A stretch of 60,630 nucleotides of DNA from Actinomycetota bacterium (GCA_027729925.1 JAQCEB010000004.1:1-60630), one strand, 5' to 3'; positions 27,388-38,892 are shown, counted from the first letter of the stretch. Notes: generated from the letters alone by a model not told the origin. Translations and numbers: made by a program.

Positions 27388-28871
27388 TTACCACCCACAA
27401 AATAAAATATTAACTCACTTAAATATTCTGACTCCTCAGAAACTAAATTTTCTAATTTACCAGGAAATATTCCAATTAATAACATAAGAATTAGCAGAGG
27501 CATTACAGAAATAATTTCCCTGTAGTTTAAATCTAATAAAGTGTTATTTTCTTCATTTACTATAGTTCCAGTAAACATTCTTTGGTAAGCCCAAAGCATA
27601 TAAATAGCAGCAAGAACTACGCCAAATGCAGAAATGATAGATAAAACTTTAAAAGCTTCAAAGCTGCCCATTAAAATTTTAAATTCACCTACGAAACCAT
27701 TAAGTCCAGGTAAACCTATTGAAGCAAATGAAGTAAAAAGGAATATCCCTGCATAAAGTGGCATTCTTAACTTTAAACCACCAAAGTCACTTATTTTTCT
27801 TGTATGTCTTCTGTCATATATAAAACCAACAAGCATAAATAATGCGCCAGAAGTAATCCCATGGTTAACCATTTGAATTATTGCACCTTCAATACTTAAA
27901 TATGCACCAGCTGAAATACCAAGCATTACAAATCCCATATGACTAACTGAAGAATATGCAATTAGTTTCTTAATATCTATTTGTGCAATAGCTACAATAG
28001 CTCCATAAATAATTCCCACTACAGACAAACAAGCTATTAAAAATCTAAACTGTATAAATCCTTCGGTAAAGAAGGGTATTGACACACGAAGTATTCCGTA
28101 TGCTCCAACTTTTAACAAAACTCCAGCAAGTAAGATACTTCCCGCTGTTGGAGCTTCAACGTGAGCATCTGGTAACCAAGTATGTAGTGGGAATAATGGT
28201 ACTTTTATTAAAAATCCTATAGTGAATAATGCAAAAAGAACTTTCGATTGTGATGAACTAAAACTTAATTGGGATAAGGTATTGTAATCCAAAGCTAGTC
28301 TGCCATTAACTGAATAACTTAATAGGCCTGTGTAAATAGTTCCTATAAATATAAAAATAGAACCGAATACTGTATAAATTATAAATTTTATAGTTGCATA
28401 GCGTCTATTTTCACCTCCCCATATACCCATAAGAAAGTACATAGGAATTAATATTGCTTCAAAAAAAATAAAAAGAGAAACTAAGTCTCCACTAATGAAA
28501 ACTCCATTAATTGCAAAATGGAGAGTTAAAATTGATCCAATAAATCCTTTACTCTGAGAATGACTATCAGAGACAGAAAGTATTGAAACGGTGACTAGTA
28601 ATGCACTTAATACAAGTAGTAAAATTGACATTCCAGACAATCCAAAATTTAAATCTAATCCATAAAGACTGATCCATTCAAATGAAGCGTAAGTTTTAAA
28701 ATTACCTGTAAGTTTTGAATCAAAAAGTAAATAGACAGCTTGTGTTAGTGAAATTAAAGTAAACAAAATACTTACAGGTCTGAAAAGTTCAACTCTATTT
28801 TTTGGAATAATGAAAATAAAGAATGATCCAAAAAGTGGAACTAATAACAATGAAAAGATTACAGCATTCAT
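27384..28871 (-). CDS. nuoM: NADH-quinone oxidoreductase subunit M
   Basis: FEAILIPMY, IKVPLFPLHTWLPDAHVEAP. Confidence 0.95.
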   Translation of the reverse strand: MNAVIFSLLLVPLFGSFFIFIIPKNRVELFRPVSILFTLISLTQAVYLLFDSKLTGNFKTYASFEWISLYGLDLNFGLSGMSILLLVLSALLVTVSILSVSDSHSQSKGFIGSILTLHFAINGVFISGDLVSLFIFFEAILIPMYFLMGIWGGENRRYATIKFIIYTVFGSIFIFIGTIYTGLLSYSVNGRLALDYNTLSQLSFSSSQSKVLFALFTIGFLIKVPLFPLHTWLPDAHVEAPTAGSILLAGVLLKVGAYGILRVSIPFFTEGFIQFRFLIACLSVVGIIYGAIVAIAQIDIKKLIAYSSVSHMGFVMLGISAGAYLSIEGAIIQMVNHGITSGALFMLVGFIYDRRHTRKISDFGGLKLRMPLYAGIFLFTSFASIGLPGLNGFVGEFKILMGSFEAFKVLSIISAFGVVLAAIYMLWAYQRMFTGTIVNEENNTLLDLNYREIISVMPLLILMLLIGIFPGKLENLVSEESEYLSELIFYFVGGK

Positions 28872-30772
28872 TAATTACCTACCAAAGGTGTAACAATAAA
28901 CACTGCTACTAAAATAATTAAGAAAAATCCGAAGTATAAAACATAATTTCTCACTAAACCTGTCTGTGATGAAGAGGTTATTTTTGCAGATTTACTAAAT
29001 GAATTAGCAACAAGATTCACTGTTCCATCAATTAAAATACTATCAATTATTACAGCTACCCTTTTTGAAAACAGCTTAGCTCCAGCAACAAAAATAACAT
29101 TTCCAATTTTATTTAGATATAGAACATTAAATGATGCTTCTTTGATGAATTTTATCAGTTTTTTGAATCCGTCATTATTGAATAACTTACTCTGCAAAAT
29201 ATTTTGACTGAAAATTAAATAAGCTAAGAATAAACCAGCAAAACCTGCTCCAATAGAAATCAAAGCAAGAACAACTAATGTTAATCCTTCAGGTAGATGA
29301 GTTATCTCAACTTCTTCTAATGTAATGTGTAAAAGCTTTTCTACGCCATGAAAGAAAGGTGTATTTACAAATCCAATAAAAATTGAAAATATTCCAAGAA
29401 CAACTAAAGGAACTTTCATGTTTCTTGGTGCATCATGAATATCTTCAATAGTTTTACTTGGCTCAGAATTAAATATCAATAACCAGTGTCTACCCATATA
29501 AAATGCTGTTAAAACGGCAGCAAATAATGTAAGTGCCCAAAAGCCTAAATATATTCCACCTTTAGAGAATATCGATGCAAGTATTTCATCTTTAGACCAA
29601 AAACCAGCTAAAGGTGGTATACCTGAAATGGCTAGTGTTCCTATACCCATCATTCCTGCAGTTAGAGGCATTTTCTTTCTTAAGCCTCCCATATTTCTAA
29701 TATCTTGTTCATGATGAAGTGCTTCAATTACCGCACCAGCTCCAAGGAACAACAAAGCTTTAAAGAAAGCATGGGTAAGTAAATGGAATACTGCTGCTAC
29801 ATATGCGCCAACACCGATAGCAATAAACATAAAGCCTAGTTGGGAAATAGTTGAATAAGCTAATACTTTTTTAATATCATATTGATTAATTGCTGAAAAA
29901 GCAGATATTAAAGCTGTTAACAAACCAATAACTAAAACAACGAAACTTGTGGTTTCGGAATATTGTAATAGAGGTGATATTCTCACGAGCATAAATACAC
30001 CAGCTGTAACCATTGTTGCAGCATGAATTAATGCACTAGCAGGAGTTGGTCCTTCCATCGCATCTGGTAACCAACTAAATAAAGGAAACTGTGCTGATTT
30101 ACCAAATGCTCCCAGAATCAAAAAAAGGGTAATAACTGTAATAGTGTTTACTGGTATTTCGTTAGCTCTATGCAACACCTCCTGAAAATCAAAGCTCTTA
30201 AAAGTATTTAAGATAAACATGAGACCAACTAAAAAACCAAAATCTCCAATTCTGTTTAATATAAAGGCTTTATTTCCAGCTTTTGAAGCAGATGTCTTAC
30301 TTGACCAGAATGAGATTAACAAGTAAGAACTTAAACCTACCAGCTCCCAACCTAGAAACATAATTAAAAAATTTGATGACATAACAAGAACTAACATTGA
30401 AAAAACGAAAAAATTAAAATAAACAAAATATTTCCTATAATTTTCATCTTTACTCATATAAGAAGTTGAAAATTGTTGGATGAAAATCGATAAACCACTA
30501 ACTAATAAAAGCATTAGTGCGGATAAGCCATCAAGTGTAAAACTAAAATCTATCTTTGGTGATTCTGTCCACTGGTAAAGCACGACCGAGTATGATTCAA
30601 ATTTTTCAATTGTAAAAGTTATAAAAATGAAACTTGTAATTAAAAATGATATGACACTACTTGATAAAGTAAAAATATTTACAATTGATTCTTTAATTAA
30701 ATTTCTTTGAGTAAATAGAAAAATTGCTGTCACCAGAGGAAGGAATACCGGTACTAAAACTAAATTTTCCAT
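28871..30772 (-). CDS. nuoL: NADH-quinone oxidoreductase subunit L
   Basis: GKSAQFPLFSWLPDAMEGPTP, THAFFKALLFL. Confidence 0.95.
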   Translation of the reverse strand: MENLVLVPVFLPLVTAIFLFTQRNLIKESIVNIFTLSSSVISFLITSFIFITFTIEKFESYSVVLYQWTESPKIDFSFTLDGLSALMLLLVSGLSIFIQQFSTSYMSKDENYRKYFVYFNFFVFSMLVLVMSSNFLIMFLGWELVGLSSYLLISFWSSKTSASKAGNKAFILNRIGDFGFLVGLMFILNTFKSFDFQEVLHRANEIPVNTITVITLFLILGAFGKSAQFPLFSWLPDAMEGPTPASALIHAATMVTAGVFMLVRISPLLQYSETTSFVVLVIGLLTALISAFSAINQYDIKKVLAYSTISQLGFMFIAIGVGAYVAAVFHLLTHAFFKALLFLGAGAVIEALHHEQDIRNMGGLRKKMPLTAGMMGIGTLAISGIPPLAGFWSKDEILASIFSKGGIYLGFWALTLFAAVLTAFYMGRHWLLIFNSEPSKTIEDIHDAPRNMKVPLVVLGIFSIFIGFVNTPFFHGVEKLLHITLEEVEITHLPEGLTLVVLALISIGAGFAGLFLAYLIFSQNILQSKLFNNDGFKKLIKFIKEASFNVLYLNKIGNVIFVAGAKLFSKRVAVIIDSILIDGTVNLVANSFSKSAKITSSSQTGLVRNYVLYFGFFLIILVAVFIVTPLVGN

Positions 30773-31081
30773 TTAACCTCTAGATAAATTTAAAACATCA
30801 ACTGATGCTGATGACTGTTTCCTGAAAATTGAAACTATAATTGCTAATCCAACTACAACTTCTGCAGCGGCTACAACAAGTACGAAAAATACAGCAACTT
30901 GACCATCAATAGTTCCAAAATGTTTGGAAGCAGCAATAAAAGTTAAATTTACAGCATTAAGCATTAATTCGATGCACATAAACATAATTAAGGCATTTCT
31001 TCTAATCATCATGCCAAAAAAACCTATTGAAAAAAGTACAGCTGCAAGGCTTAGATACCAATCTGTTGTTACTTCAAACAT
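30773..31081 (-). CDS. nuoK: NADH-quinone oxidoreductase subunit K
   Basis: [21 protein letters not shown]. Start set at ATG 31081. Confidence 0.95.
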   Translation of the reverse strand: MFEVTTDWYLSLAAVLFSIGFFGMMIRRNALIMFMCIELMLNAVNLTFIAASKHFGTIDGQVAVFFVLVVAAAEVVVGLAIIVSIFRKQSSASVDVLNLSRG

Positions 31082-31601
31082 GCTGCTTCCTTTTTTTTGT
31101 ATCATACGCTAGAGCAATCGCTGCTGTTGTTGCGACAATTAATAAAATTGAGATGATTTCAAATGGTAATATCCAAGCAGTAAAAAGAGTTCCAGCAATT
31201 AATTGCGGGGTTCCTTCTATATCAAATTGAACAGCTTCAAACCACAAATCCCAAGTAAAGTTTGAATTTATAGCAACATAGATAAGTAAGGAAATTAAAA
31301 CTAGTAACACACCTGAAACTAAAAGTGTTTGACCTTTTATTGATTCTTTAGATTGTTCCTTTTTGTCTACTCCTATCATCATAATTACAAATAAAAAAAG
31401 TGTCATTACTGCTCCTGCGTATACAAGCATCTGAACCATTGCAACGAAAGTTGCATTTAAAGTTATATAAATTATTGCAAGGGAAATCAAAGTCAAAACC
31501 AAGCCCATAGCATTATGTACAGGATTTTGAGCAAAAATTACTATTAATGCTCCAATCAAGACAAGAGAAGCTGGTACAAGAAAGAGCAAAAATTCAACCA
31601 T
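31074..31601 (-). CDS. nuoJ: NADH-quinone oxidoreductase subunit J
   Basis: [29 protein letters not shown]. Confidence 0.95.
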   Translation of the reverse strand: MVEFLLFLVPASLVLIGALIVIFAQNPVHNAMGLVLTLISLAIIYITLNATFVAMVQMLVYAGAVMTLFLFVIMMIGVDKKEQSKESIKGQTLLVSGVLLVLISLLIYVAINSNFTWDLWFEAVQFDIEGTPQLIAGTLFTAWILPFEIISILLIVATTAAIALAYDTKKRKQHV

Positions 31602-32216
31602 TTATTCCTCTTCTAAATGCTGGCCCTTTTCGGGTTCTTTTTTACCATAACCTAAAGATCCAGACCAATTAATTACATTTTGGTAATTTGGATTACCATT
31701 AGATGAAGTTGCCCTCATCCAGCCATCAAAGTTTTGAAGATCTTTTTCGTTTGTTAAATTAGTTTTCTCCTCATGTGACCTAGGCTTACCCGAATCGTCT
31801 ACCACTAATACTGATTTATCAAAAATAGCATCAGCCCTATTTGTTACACTCATTTCAAATAGAGAACTCATGGTTATTGCTTCTGTAGGACATGCTTCAA
31901 CACAAAGTGCGCAATATATACAACGCAACATATTTATCTCATAGATAAATCCATATCTCTCTCCAGGGCTTACTGGATTATCTTCAGGGTTTTCTTCTCC
32001 TCTTACATATATACATTGTGCTGGACAGACTCCTGCGCATAGTTCGCAACCTATGCATTTTTCCATTCCATCTTCATAACGATTTAAAACATGTCTGCCA
32101 TGAAACCTTTGAGGTTTTTCTCTAAATTGTTTTGGATATTTATCTGTAACAGATTTTTTAAATAATTCTTTAAAAGTAACCTTAAGACCCTTAAACAAGC
32201 CAAAATTTTCACTCAT
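31602..32216 (-). CDS. nuoI: NADH-quinone oxidoreductase subunit I
   Basis: CIGCELCAGVCP and CIYCALCVEACP. Confidence 0.95.
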   Translation of the reverse strand: MSENFGLFKGLKVTFKELFKKSVTDKYPKQFREKPQRFHGRHVLNRYEDGMEKCIGCELCAGVCPAQCIYVRGEENPEDNPVSPGERYGFIYEINMLRCIYCALCVEACPTEAITMSSLFEMSVTNRADAIFDKSVLVVDDSGKPRSHEEKTNLTNEKDLQNFDGWMRATSSNGNPNYQNVINWSGSLGYGKKEPEKGQHLEEE

Positions 32217-32219
32217 AAT

Positions 32220-33317
32220 TTATCTCCATGGCAAACCAAATTCTCTTAAACCTAAAACAATTGCAGAAAGAATTAACCAAACTAAAGAAGCAGGAATTAA
32301 TCTCTTCCATCCTAGTTCCATAAGTTGATCGTATCTTAACCTAGGCAAAGTTGCTCTAATCCAAACAAAAATAAATAATAATAGAAATGTTTTAATTCCT
32401 AGCCAAATAATTGGCATAATCGCAGAGATAAAAGGTGGTAGTATGTTTTCAAAAGTAGGTCCAAGCCAACCTCCAAGAAAAAATGTTGCAGTGATTGCAC
32501 ACATGTTAAACATATTTATGTATTCAGCTAAAAAAAACATTGCAAATCTAAACCCGGAATATTCAGTATGAAATCCTCCTACCAACTCTTGTTCTGCCTC
32601 TACAAGGTCAAATGGTGCCCTATTAACTTCAGCTACAGCAGCAATAAAGAATATAACAAAAGCTACAAATTGAGGAAATATATTCCATTTTGGAATAAAA
32701 GAAACAATATTATTTAAAAAAGGAATTGCACTTGATAAATTTCCAGATTGACTCTGCACAATATCCACTAAAGAAAGTGAACCAGAATACAAAATTACAG
32801 GAACTAGTGATAGGCCCATAGCTGCTTCATAGGAAATCATTTGAGCTGAAGCTCTTACTCCACCAAGTAATGGATACTTGGAACCAGATGACCAGCCTGC
32901 TAGAACAACACTGTAAACAGCAATTGATGAAAGAGCTAAAAAGTAAAGCACACCAACATTTAAATCTGCACCCACAAGCTCAAGCTCAAATTGAGTACTA
33001 TTAAAAAGAAAATTAATTTTTGGACCCAATGGAATTACCATAAAAATTAAAAAAGATGGAACTAGTGAAATAATTGGTGCTAAAAGGTACATCGCTCTAT
33101 CTGCTTTAAAAGGAAGAATCTGTTCCTTCAATAAAAGTTTTATTGCATCAGCGACAGTTTGAAGTAGTCCAAATGGACCAGCTCTATCTGGACCAACTCT
33201 TGATTGCATCCCTGCAACTAATTTCCTTTCAAACCAGATTAAAAATATTGTATTAGTTAATAAAACTCCTAAAACAATAGAAGATTTAATTAACGCAAGA
33301 ATTAATTCATTGGACAC
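32220..33317 (-). CDS. nuoH: NADH-quinone oxidoreductase subunit H
   Basis: ERKLVAGMQSRVGP, AEVNRAPFDLVEAEQELV. Start set at GTG 33317. Confidence 0.95.
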   Translation of the reverse strand: MSNELILALIKSSIVLGVLLTNTIFLIWFERKLVAGMQSRVGPDRAGPFGLLQTVADAIKLLLKEQILPFKADRAMYLLAPIISLVPSFLIFMVIPLGPKINFLFNSTQFELELVGADLNVGVLYFLALSSIAVYSVVLAGWSSGSKYPLLGGVRASAQMISYEAAMGLSLVPVILYSGSLSLVDIVQSQSGNLSSAIPFLNNIVSFIPKWNIFPQFVAFVIFFIAAVAEVNRAPFDLVEAEQELVGGFHTEYSGFRFAMFFLAEYINMFNMCAITATFFLGGWLGPTFENILPPFISAIMPIIWLGIKTFLLLFIFVWIRATLPRLRYDQLMELGWKRLIPASLVWLILSAIVLGLREFGLPWR

Positions 33318-35622
33318 TAAGAATATCCTCATTACTAATATTTGAAATATTAATTTTTTCTGCAAAATTATATTTAACAAAATTTCTTCTATTAATTGGA
33401 AAATAGATTAAACCATCTGGAATATTTTCATTAATTATCAACTCAGATGATAGTTTTAAACCATTCTGTTCTATGTAACATTTTCCAGCTTCTAAATCTA
33501 AAGTTTTTATTGTAGATAAGTTAGCTTGTATATATTTTTTTGATCCAAGAATTGATATTGATTGAGAATTTCTTTGAGTAACTGAATCGCCGTAAAGTTT
33601 TCTTCCAACATAATAGAGAGATTTATCTTCAATAAAAAAAGTGCAATTTATATTAACTTCCTTACCAGAAATTATTCCATCAAAATTACTTGGTTTGTCT
33701 AACTCGTCAAAAGTAATTTTATTGACTTGATTAAAGTTATTTTCTGCAACTTTTGTATTCAATTCATGAACTGATAAAAAATCAGTGCTTTTTCCAAGAC
33801 TACTGAGTAAATTAGATAGAAATTCATTTTCACTTAGTGCTTTTCCTGGAGAAGGAGTAATTTTATTAATTTTTGAAGATCTAAATTCAATGTTAGTAAA
33901 AGTACCTTCTTTTTCAGAAACTGTTGAATTCATTGGAACAACATAATTAGCTAGTTCATTTGTTTGATGTATAAACAAATCTAATGAAACTATACAATTA
34001 ATTTTTTCAAGAATACTAGTAATTTTATTTGTTAAAACAGATGATCCAATTGGATCAGCACCAACTATAAATAGAACTTCGGGTAAGTCTTCTTCAAAAT
34101 CTTTACAAAGATCAGGCAAACCTTTGACACTATCTAAATTTTGAAAAGCTCCAAAGGAATTTCCTTTAGAAAATGAATTTAAAAGGCTTAAGTTTGAATT
34201 TTCATTTAGAAAACTAACTAATAGGTCTAAAGATTTCTTGTTTTGATAGGGAGAAGACTTTCCAATAATTGCAGTAACATTTTTTCCAATTACAGCATCT
34301 TTAAGATTTTTTAGATTTTCTGGTTGGACTTTTAATTCGAAATTCTCATCAATAATATCACTCGAATAAAAATCTGAAGCTATATCTTTTAAAGTTGAGT
34401 TATTGTGTCCAAGAATAATTAACTTTGTTCCATTTTTGACAGCCTGTCTAACCCTTAGGTACAATATCGGTAAATTTTCCTTAATATCTTCAGACCAAAT
34501 AACGATTGTGTCAGCTGTATCAAGATTGTTAAAAGTAGCCAATGAAATATTCTTTTCGAAATATCCATTAAAAAGATAGTCATCGGAAAGATAAAAATCT
34601 GACTTACTTTTAGAAATAAGAGCTGAAAATTCATTAAACGCAGCATACTCTTCATTAGTTAAATTTGTACCCAATAGAAACTTGACTTTGTTTTCGTTAT
34701 TCAAAATTTTATTTTTTAACTTATTAATTAAATCTTTGTTTGAAATAATTTCAAATTTTTCATTAACCTTCTCAAGACTTTCCTTTAGTCGAGATTGGTT
34801 ATTTAAAAATTCAAAATTATATCTTCCTTTATCGCATAACCATCCTTGATTTACTGAATCATTATCAACACCAAGTATTCTGAGCATTTTATTTTGAGAA
34901 GCATTAAGTTCAACAGTACAACCAACTGTACAACCATTACAAGTAGATGTAGTTGCTTTAAGATCCCATGGTCTTGCTTTAAATCTATAGGAAGTAGAAG
35001 TAAGTGCACCTACCGGACAGATTTGAACAGTATTTCCAGAAAAATAAGACCTGAATGGTTCGTTAGGAAATGTATTTACTTCAGTTTTATTACCTCTTTG
35101 AACAAATTCAATTAGAGGGTCCCCCGAAATTTCATCAGAAAATCTTGTACACCTAGCACATAAAATACATCTTTCTCTGTCTAGTAAAATGATTTCAGAG
35201 ATAGAAATTGGTTTTTCAAAATGTCTTTTTTCTTCGACAAATCTACTTTCCCCAGGACCATAAGAAACAGTCTGATCTTGAAGAGGACATTCTCCAGCTT
35301 TATCACAAATGGGACAATCAAGAGGGTGATTAATTAGGAGAAATTCAAGAACGCCTTCTTGAGCTTTTTTCACAACTTCAGATTCTGTGTCTACAACAAG
35401 ATTAGGAGTTACTTTTGTAGTACATGAAGGAACTAAAGCTTTACCTCTTGGTGTATCTACTTCAACTAGACACATTCTGCACATGCCAACTGGATCTAGT
35501 CTTTTATGCCAACAAAATCTTGGAATATGTATTCCCGAATCTTCACAAGCTTCAATTAATAACTTATTATTATCTGCCTGAATCTCAATACCGTTAACGT
35601 TAATTTTTACCATTTCATTCAT
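33307..35622 (-). CDS. nuoG: NADH-quinone oxidoreductase subunit G
   Basis: CWH..CRMC..C (N1b), HPLDCPICDKAGEC (N5), CILCARC..CP (N4), CNGCTVGC..C (N7). Confidence 0.95.
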   Translation of the reverse strand: MNEMVKINVNGIEIQADNNKLLIEACEDSGIHIPRFCWHKRLDPVGMCRMCLVEVDTPRGKALVPSCTTKVTPNLVVDTESEVVKKAQEGVLEFLLINHPLDCPICDKAGECPLQDQTVSYGPGESRFVEEKRHFEKPISISEIILLDRERCILCARCTRFSDEISGDPLIEFVQRGNKTEVNTFPNEPFRSYFSGNTVQICPVGALTSTSYRFKARPWDLKATTSTCNGCTVGCTVELNASQNKMLRILGVDNDSVNQGWLCDKGRYNFEFLNNQSRLKESLEKVNEKFEIISNKDLINKLKNKILNNENKVKFLLGTNLTNEEYAAFNEFSALISKSKSDFYLSDDYLFNGYFEKNISLATFNNLDTADTIVIWSEDIKENLPILYLRVRQAVKNGTKLIILGHNNSTLKDIASDFYSSDIIDENFELKVQPENLKNLKDAVIGKNVTAIIGKSSPYQNKKSLDLLVSFLNENSNLSLLNSFSKGNSFGAFQNLDSVKGLPDLCKDFEEDLPEVLFIVGADPIGSSVLTNKITSILEKINCIVSLDLFIHQTNELANYVVPMNSTVSEKEGTFTNIEFRSSKINKITPSPGKALSENEFLSNLLSSLGKSTDFLSVHELNTKVAENNFNQVNKITFDELDKPSNFDGIISGKEVNINCTFFIEDKSLYYVGRKLYGDSVTQRNSQSISILGSKKYIQANLSTIKTLDLEAGKCYIEQNGLKLSSELIINENIPDGLIYFPINRRNFVKYNFAEKINISNISNEDILSVQ

Positions 35623-36908
35623 AAAAGAACCTTTGTTGGAATCATATTTTCAACTTCTTCTCTAAAATTTTTCATTAAAGAGGTAATTGGAGAAACCGCA
35701 GATGGCCCAAGAGGACATATAGTTGTCATTTTTGGTGGCCATGAAAGACCCGGTGAAATATTATCACATACATCTAACAAAAGTTCTAAATCAGAAGATC
35801 TTCCTCTTCCTGAAGCAACTCTGTCTAAAATCATTTCCAGCCATGTAGTTCCTTCCCTACATGGAGTGCACTGTCCGCAGGACTCATGAGCAAAAAAGCT
35901 GACTATACTTTTAGCTGCATTTACTAGATTTGTATCTTCATCCATCATTACTACTGCTCCTGAACCTAACATAGAATTATTTTTTGCAACATCGTCAATC
36001 GTCATTTTTATCTCAAGTTGTTCTCCGGTTAACCAAGGTGCTGAAGCACCACCTGGAATAAAAGCTTTAATTTTCTTATTATTTCTTACACCTTCACCTA
36101 ATGTTTCTACAAATTCTCCAAAACTACTTCCCATTTCAATTTCGTAATTTCCAGGTTTGTTTATATGCCCAGATAGACTAAAAATACGTGTACCTGTTGA
36201 ACCTTCTACACCTAGTTTGTTATATTCGGCACCAGTGTTTTCGACTATCCAGGGAACTGAAGATATAGTTTCGACATTATTTACTAGTGTTGGTTTCATG
36301 TAAAGTCCTTTAACAGCTGGATAAAAAGGTGGTTTTAACCTAGGTTCACCCCTCCGACCTTCTAATGAATTTAAAAGAGCAGTTTCTTCACCACAAATAT
36401 ATGCACCAGCTCCTAAATGAACAACAATATCTAAATTCATATTTGTTCCGAATATTTTCTTTCCAAGATAACCTTTGGAGTAAGCTTGCTCAACTGCATT
36501 TTGGACTCTTCTTGCGGGCTTAGCATATTCACCTCTAATATATATGAATGCCTTATCAATATTTGCAGCAAAACATGTTATTATCATTCCCTCAATTAAT
36601 TGATGGGGGTCTCTTTCTAATAAAATTCGGTCTTTAAAAGTTCCTGGCTCTGATTCGTCAGCATTTATTACTAAATATTTTTCTTTATCTTCAACTAACA
36701 TTCCCCATTTAGTGCCTGTAGGAAATCCTGCACCACCTCTTCCTTTTATGTTGGAGTCCTGAATTTCTTTTAAAACTTCTTCCGGTGAACTTTTGGATAA
36801 TGTTTTTTTTGCAACTTTGTACCCATTTGACTTTTCATAAATATCAATCAAATGACTATCTGATGGGAAGTCTCTCATTCTTTTTGTAAGCAAAACTGTC
36901 TCTTTCAC
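35619..36908 (-). CDS. nuoF: NADH-quinone oxidoreductase subunit F
   Basis: GRGGAGFP, NADESEPGTFKD, GAYICGEETALL, CGQCTPCREG. Confidence 0.97.
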   Translation of the reverse strand: MKETVLLTKRMRDFPSDSHLIDIYEKSNGYKVAKKTLSKSSPEEVLKEIQDSNIKGRGGAGFPTGTKWGMLVEDKEKYLVINADESEPGTFKDRILLERDPHQLIEGMIITCFAANIDKAFIYIRGEYAKPARRVQNAVEQAYSKGYLGKKIFGTNMNLDIVVHLGAGAYICGEETALLNSLEGRRGEPRLKPPFYPAVKGLYMKPTLVNNVETISSVPWIVENTGAEYNKLGVEGSTGTRIFSLSGHINKPGNYEIEMGSSFGEFVETLGEGVRNNKKIKAFIPGGASAPWLTGEQLEIKMTIDDVAKNNSMLGSGAVVMMDEDTNLVNAAKSIVSFFAHESCGQCTPCREGTTWLEMILDRVASGRGRSSDLELLLDVCDNISPGLSWPPKMTTICPLGPSAVSPITSLMKNFREEVENMIPTKVLL

Positions 36909-37519
36909 TTTGACTCACCTACTGTATTAAAGTTTTGAAAACCAGGAACTGAGGCAATAGTTCCAGAATTGTCTTTAATTCCCCACTCAAAAGACCTTGT
37001 TCCACCAAATTTTTCTTGTAATATGTCAGCAACAATAACTTTTGGTTGATTTTCCTTAAGCCAATTAAAAAGACTTTCTGTACTCTCTGGGGTCATACCT
37101 TCAACCGTTTCATAGTTAATTTGAATTGCTGGAGCACCACCACATGCCCCAATACATTCAACTTTTTCAAATGTAAATATTCCCTCTTCGTCAGTTTCAT
37201 TATTATTTAATCCTGTAATTTCCTGTACTTTTTTAATTACATCGGAAGAATTGCTAATTTCACATGAAATAGACTTACAAACACTAATTAAATATTTCCC
37301 TGTTGGTTCCTGCTTATACATTGAATAAAATGTAGAAACTGACTTCACCTGAACTTCAGTTATTCCTATTAGCTCACTAATGACCTCAATAGAATCATCG
37401 GAAATGTATCCATCTTTACTTTGAGCTAAATGCAGAAGTGGTCCTAAAGCAGACCTTTTTTGCGGATATTGCTTAATAATTTTATTCGCTTGATTTATTA
37501 GTTTTTTATCCCAACTCAC
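36905..37519 (-). CDS. nuoE: NADH-quinone oxidoreductase subunit E
   Basis: VCKSISC and ECIGACG (N1a ligands). Confidence 0.95.
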   Translation of the reverse strand: MSWDKKLINQANKIIKQYPQKRSALGPLLHLAQSKDGYISDDSIEVISELIGITEVQVKSVSTFYSMYKQEPTGKYLISVCKSISCEISNSSDVIKKVQEITGLNNNETDEEGIFTFEKVECIGACGGAPAIQINYETVEGMTPESTESLFNWLKENQPKVIVADILQEKFGGTRSFEWGIKDNSGTIASVPGFQNFNTVGESK

Positions 37520-38892
37520 CTATCAACGTCTCCAATTACTGGATCCAATGAAGCAATTGCAGCAACTGCGTCAGCTATTGGACTATCTGTCATAATTATT
37601 GGCAAACCTTGTAAATTACAAAACGATGGTCCTCTAACATGCATTCTATATGGTTTTGCAGTTCCATCAGATACTATATAGCATCCTAATTCACCTCTTG
37701 GAGATTCTATTGCAACATAGGCATCACCTTCTGGTACCTTGAAACCTTCTGTGTATATCTTAAAATGATGAATTAATGCTTCCATTGATTCATCTAACCG
37801 TTTCCTTGGTGGCGGAGTAATTTTCTTATCTTGAATTTTATATGGACCTTTTGGCATTTGATACATTACCTGTTCAACAATTTTTAAGCTTTCAAATATT
37901 TCTAATACTTTTATTCTCCATCTAGCAAATACATCACCCTCACTTAAAACAGGTACATCAAAATTAAATTTTTCAATTCCAGAGTATGGTTGAGACTTTC
38001 TCAAATCCCAATCGAATCCACTTGCACGTAAACTTGGACCCGTTATCCCATAAGCAAAGCATTCTTCTGTTGTTAATATTCCAACATTTTGTAATCTACC
38101 TTTCCAAATGGGGTTGTCTAAAAGCATATCATCGTAGTCTTTTAATTTTTCGGGTATTAATTGAATAATATCTTCAATATCCTTCTGCCAACCATCAGGT
38201 AAATCAGCAGCTACACCCCCCGGACGAATATAATTATGGTTCATTCTTAAACCTGTTGTTTTTTCAAAAAAGTTTAATATATGCTCTCTTTCTCTAAACC
38301 CAAAAATCATCATAGAGAGTGCTCCAATATCCATACCTCCAGTTGCTAGTGCAACTAAATGTGATGAAATTCTATTTAATTCTGTCATAAGAATTCTTAT
38401 TGCTTTGGCTCTATCTGGTACCTCAATACCTATCAATTTTTCAGTAGTTAGAGAAAAAACAAGTTCATTAAATAAGGGGGATAAATAATCCATTCTTGTT
38501 GTGTTTGTTGGACCTTGAAAATAATTCAGTTCTTCACCAGTTTTTTCCATACCAGTATGAAGATACCCAATAACTGGCTTAACTCTTCTAACAATCTCAC
38601 CTTCCAACTCGGCTTGTAATCTTAAAACTCCATGAGTTGAAGGATGTTGTGGGCCCATATTAATTATCATTCTTTCATCATCAGAAGAGTCTTCATCAAC
38701 AACAAAATCATCAATAATCTCTGTACCTGTTTGAATTTTTACTTTTTTTTCATCTTCTACTTCAAGCATTTTTTGTGAACCTTCATCAGTTGATGAAATA
38801 CTCCATCCGCCTTCTTCGGAGTTTGTAGCCCAAAACTCAAATTTCTTTTTTAAAGCTTTTAAGTTATATCTATTAATTTTTTTACTTTTCAA
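37516..38892 (-). CDS. nuoD: NADH-quinone oxidoreductase subunit D (14-subunit cluster), start uncertain
   Basis: NMGPQHPSTHGVLRL, GYLHTGMEK, RMDY, GDVDR. Long N-terminal arm. Confidence 0.95.
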   Translation of the reverse strand: MKSKKINRYNLKALKKKFEFWATNSEEGGWSISSTDEGSQKMLEVEDEKKVKIQTGTEIIDDFVVDEDSSDDERMIINMGPQHPSTHGVLRLQAELEGEIVRRVKPVIGYLHTGMEKTGEELNYFQGPTNTTRMDYLSPLFNELVFSLTTEKLIGIEVPDRAKAIRILMTELNRISSHLVALATGGMDIGALSMMIFGFREREHILNFFEKTTGLRMNHNYIRPGGVAADLPDGWQKDIEDIIQLIPEKLKDYDDMLLDNPIWKGRLQNVGILTTEECFAYGITGPSLRASGFDWDLRKSQPYSGIEKFNFDVPVLSEGDVFARWRIKVLEIFESLKIVEQVMYQMPKGPYKIQDKKITPPPRKRLDESMEALIHHFKIYTEGFKVPEGDAYVAIESPRGELGCYIVSDGTAKPYRMHVRGPSFCNLQGLPIIMTDSPIADAVAAIASLDPVIGDVDR

